64,000 bases of DNA from Nitrospirota bacterium. GTDB taxonomy: Bacteria; Nitrospirota; UBA9217. Below the pieces are notes generated by a model, which was given only the letters and a program-made list of their open reading frames with translations, was not told the DNA's origin and did no database searches. The translations under genes and the position numbers were made by a program. Each line of letters starts with the position of its first letter. Positions within the stretch are counted from its first letter, which is position 1. The stretch is from NCBI GenBank assembly GCA_963737155.1, contig CAVTRN010000002.1, positions 704,001 to 768,000 on the forward strand. Reading direction: 5' to 3'. Of the stretch, positions 62,701 to 64,000 are shown one piece after another.

Positions 62701-63976
62701 ATCGATGTTCGATTCACGGGTAAAGTTTTATTTTCCCAATTTCTCGGAATTCCATACACAGGCAATGGCAATGGCGTTCCGTTGGCTGGGCCTGCAAGCC
62801 GGAGAACTCACTCCGCTCGACCGGTACCAGCTCGAACTGGGGCTCCAACACACGTCAGGACGCGAGTGCCTTCCACTGCCGCTCTGCGTCGGACAACTGC
62901 TCAAGATCAACGAGCAGCGCAAGCCCGGCGAACTCGCAGGATTTTACATGCTGAAAGGTGGAGCGCCCTGCGTATTGGACGCCTATCTGGATTACCTCAG
63001 ACGTTTCATCTCGGATCAGCAATTGCCCGACATTTTTCTGTTCGTCCCGACCGAAGATTACGGACAAGGTTCAATCGACAGAATGGCGCTCGCAAAATAC
63101 TCAGCGCTCACGCTCCTTCTGGCGGACCTCCTTGTGGAGATCGAGCATGTTCTGCTGGTTGTCGGCGATCGAGGGAGCGTGGACCGACTCAGGCAGGAGT
63201 GGCAGCGATTTGTTGCCGTAGCAGACTCGGAGGGCCGTTTTCAGGACGAGTTGGCCTCATTTATCGAGCGGATCGCAGCCCTTCCACGCACGCGGGACCC
63301 AATGGCCTGTCCGCGGGTCGTTGTCATTGGTGACTTCTTTACCCGCTTTAGCCCCTTCTTCATGGACGGCGTCCGAGACCTGTATTCCGGGCAAGGCATC
63401 ATCCTGAAGCCTGTTGATATGACCGACTTGCTGCTGTATCACACCTATTACCCGGTGGCCGAAACGGCCCGCGAATGGGGTATGAAACCGGGCGGGCTGG
63501 CTTTGGCCAAAGCCTGCTCCAGGATTTTTCAAAGGGATGGAAAGCGGTATCTGCAGCACTGGCTTGCCTATATGGCGGAGAGGCATGTCGAGGAAAACTA
63601 CCGGAGGCTGTTTGCGAAGACCGGCCTTCTCGTGGCTGGTTCCAATGATGCGGCTTCCTTGTTCGAGAAGGCTTCTGATTATGTGTCACCGGGAATCTAC
63701 GGTGAGATTATATCGACCATTGGCCGGGGCTTGGAGGCCGAGGCTGAAGGCTACGATGGCATCATCTGCATCGGGCCGTTCAACTGCCTCCCATTCCGCA
63801 TTTCCGAAGCGATCCTAAAACCGTTCAGCATCCGGCAGGGGATGCCTGTCCTGACCTATGAGAGCGACGGCTACACGGTTTCGCCGTCGGTCCTTCGTCA
63901 GGTGGACGTACACATCCAGCAGGTTCTTGAACGCTCGGCCCGGATTCCGCGTTATCAAAATATTCGAACCCACTGA
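59756..63976 (+). CDS. CoA-substrate-specific enzyme activase (two BcrAD/BadFG ASKHA domains plus DUF2229-like regions)
   Basis: KCAAGSGEF, RCSVHCKSD, DAGSTTTK, EIGGQDSK, NNACSAGTGSFLEE, EIDAHTADAGVQTRLEAF. Confidence 0.9.
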   Translation: MLNILPKRQNASLQETPQPYCVGVNIGAITVKAVALRGGDAFSTVVTHQGRPLEVLGEILAGKEFNGAEYFGVSGHRGHISDVAAIQRALDELGGDFDAVASLGGESFLVYLLVDGRISNVLSHNKCAAGSGEFFVQQIGRMQLTIEDAIERSFVGKVVPLASRCSVHCKSDITHKLNRKEASPEDILHTLHDSMADKVVSLLEKAQRQIDRVLVIGGVSRNAALLYALREKLPSTEFIVLPESLCWEAWGCALLTREEPRYNSPKISPQPMPDSYPPLHHQADRVQVIAPLQRQPHPDRLLILGLDAGSTTTKAVLLDPDTRCVVASNYTRTRSDPVAATRECLRSVAREVGNLRVGLTGTTGSARELVGAYLGTAHVYNEISAHATGASHFDPDVDTIFEIGGQDSKYIRLRNGVPVDYAMNNACSAGTGSFLEESAQGDLGITVSDIAESALAAASPVQLKATCAAFINSDIRIAFQQGQSRENIVAGLVYAIAANYLTKVKGPRALGKKVFLQGGVALNRAVGHAFAHSVDRTVVIPPNPELMGALGVALLALGRCNGKLDAATDLLSLSAPEMASPGHFICKACRMHCSIDRFEVAGRRFPFGGRCSLYENVWKRNARVVAAPDLVGQRAELIFGKNDTSGERQALERGRPRIGIPRALLTHSLYPLFSTFFSSLGLEVVLSGLDLHGELKSYSGFCYPAQTAHGAVLDLARQSVDLVFLPHVKRMPLPGLCDDSYLCPITQASPFFLAAAFSDVRFLSPVLDFTCGYECGPEMEEMIARELGIGREQIRQAWKAARSAQIRTDCAMQELGQQFLERALAEGKPAIVLAGRSYNAYAPEASQSVGKKLSSMGMVAIPADCLAQTEEGPFAWHFSNQVLNAMALAKKHPNLFLVCISNFSCTVDAFTHAKVASEMGSKPYLILEIDAHTADAGVQTRLEAFLDIVHNYQGMPAIQSRQFSLCRVGAGNTVIRSSGETVSMFDSRVKFYFPNFSEFHTQAMAMAFRWLGLQAGELTPLDRYQLELGLQHTSGRECLPLPLCVGQLLKINEQRKPGELAGFYMLKGGAPCVLDAYLDYLRRFISDQQLPDIFLFVPTEDYGQGSIDRMALAKYSALTLLLADLLVEIEHVLLVVGDRGSVDRLRQEWQRFVAVADSEGRFQDELASFIERIAALPRTRDPMACPRVVVIGDFFTRFSPFFMDGVRDLYSGQGIILKPVDMTDLLLYHTYYPVAETAREWGMKPGGLALAKACSRIFQRDGKRYLQHWLAYMAERHVEENYRRLFAKTGLLVAGSNDAASLFEKASDYVSPGIYGEIISTIGRGLEAEAEGYDGIICIGPFNCLPFRISEAILKPFSIRQGMPVLTYESDGYTVSPSVLRQVDVHIQQVLERSARIPRYQNIRTH

Positions 63977-64000
63977 AATCTGACTTGGCCGTTATTCTTT

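Overview
Bacterial anaerobe window. Gene content suggests Nitrospirota or a deltaproteobacterium; this is inferred, not proven. 1-4.4 kb: tail of a corrinoid/C1 cluster (RACo-type activator, DUF1638, SelW-like protein, an unannotated UGA-containing thioredoxin-like selenoprotein at 2180-2458, a SAM methyltransferase, an atypical FolD). 4.8-29.2 kb: anaerobic cobamide biosynthesis with three cobalamin riboswitches. One precedes bzaC-bzaD-bzaE. A tandem pair precedes cobT-bzaF-cobQ-cbiB-cobD-cbiA-cbiX/C-cbiMNQO-cobO-cbiD-cbiET-cbiL-cbiF-cbiG/H and a terminal GATase-like (BPL-N) gene of unknown role. Many of these cob/cbi genes carry degenerate 7-nt-period repeat arrays inside the reading frame. 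29.5-43.3 kb: HAD protein and enolase, then a same-strand locus with an exported HMA-like protein, selenocysteine-type ArsS, glucokinase, OsmC, a MerA-like flavoprotein, a GH63 glucosidase, a DedA/TVP38 protein and an SbtA/SbtM selenopeptide RiPP pair. 43.9-59.7 kb: AT-richer accessory patchwork that starts at a tRNA-like 3' scar and holds several pseudogene remnants, TPR, MshEN, ion-transport genes and a triplicated HMA2 gene. 59.8-64 kb: large CoA-substrate activase. Three probable UGA=Sec recodings are missed or truncated by the ORF track. No rRNA, intact tRNA or CRISPR array was seen. All family assignments come from motif recognition by eye, not from database searches.
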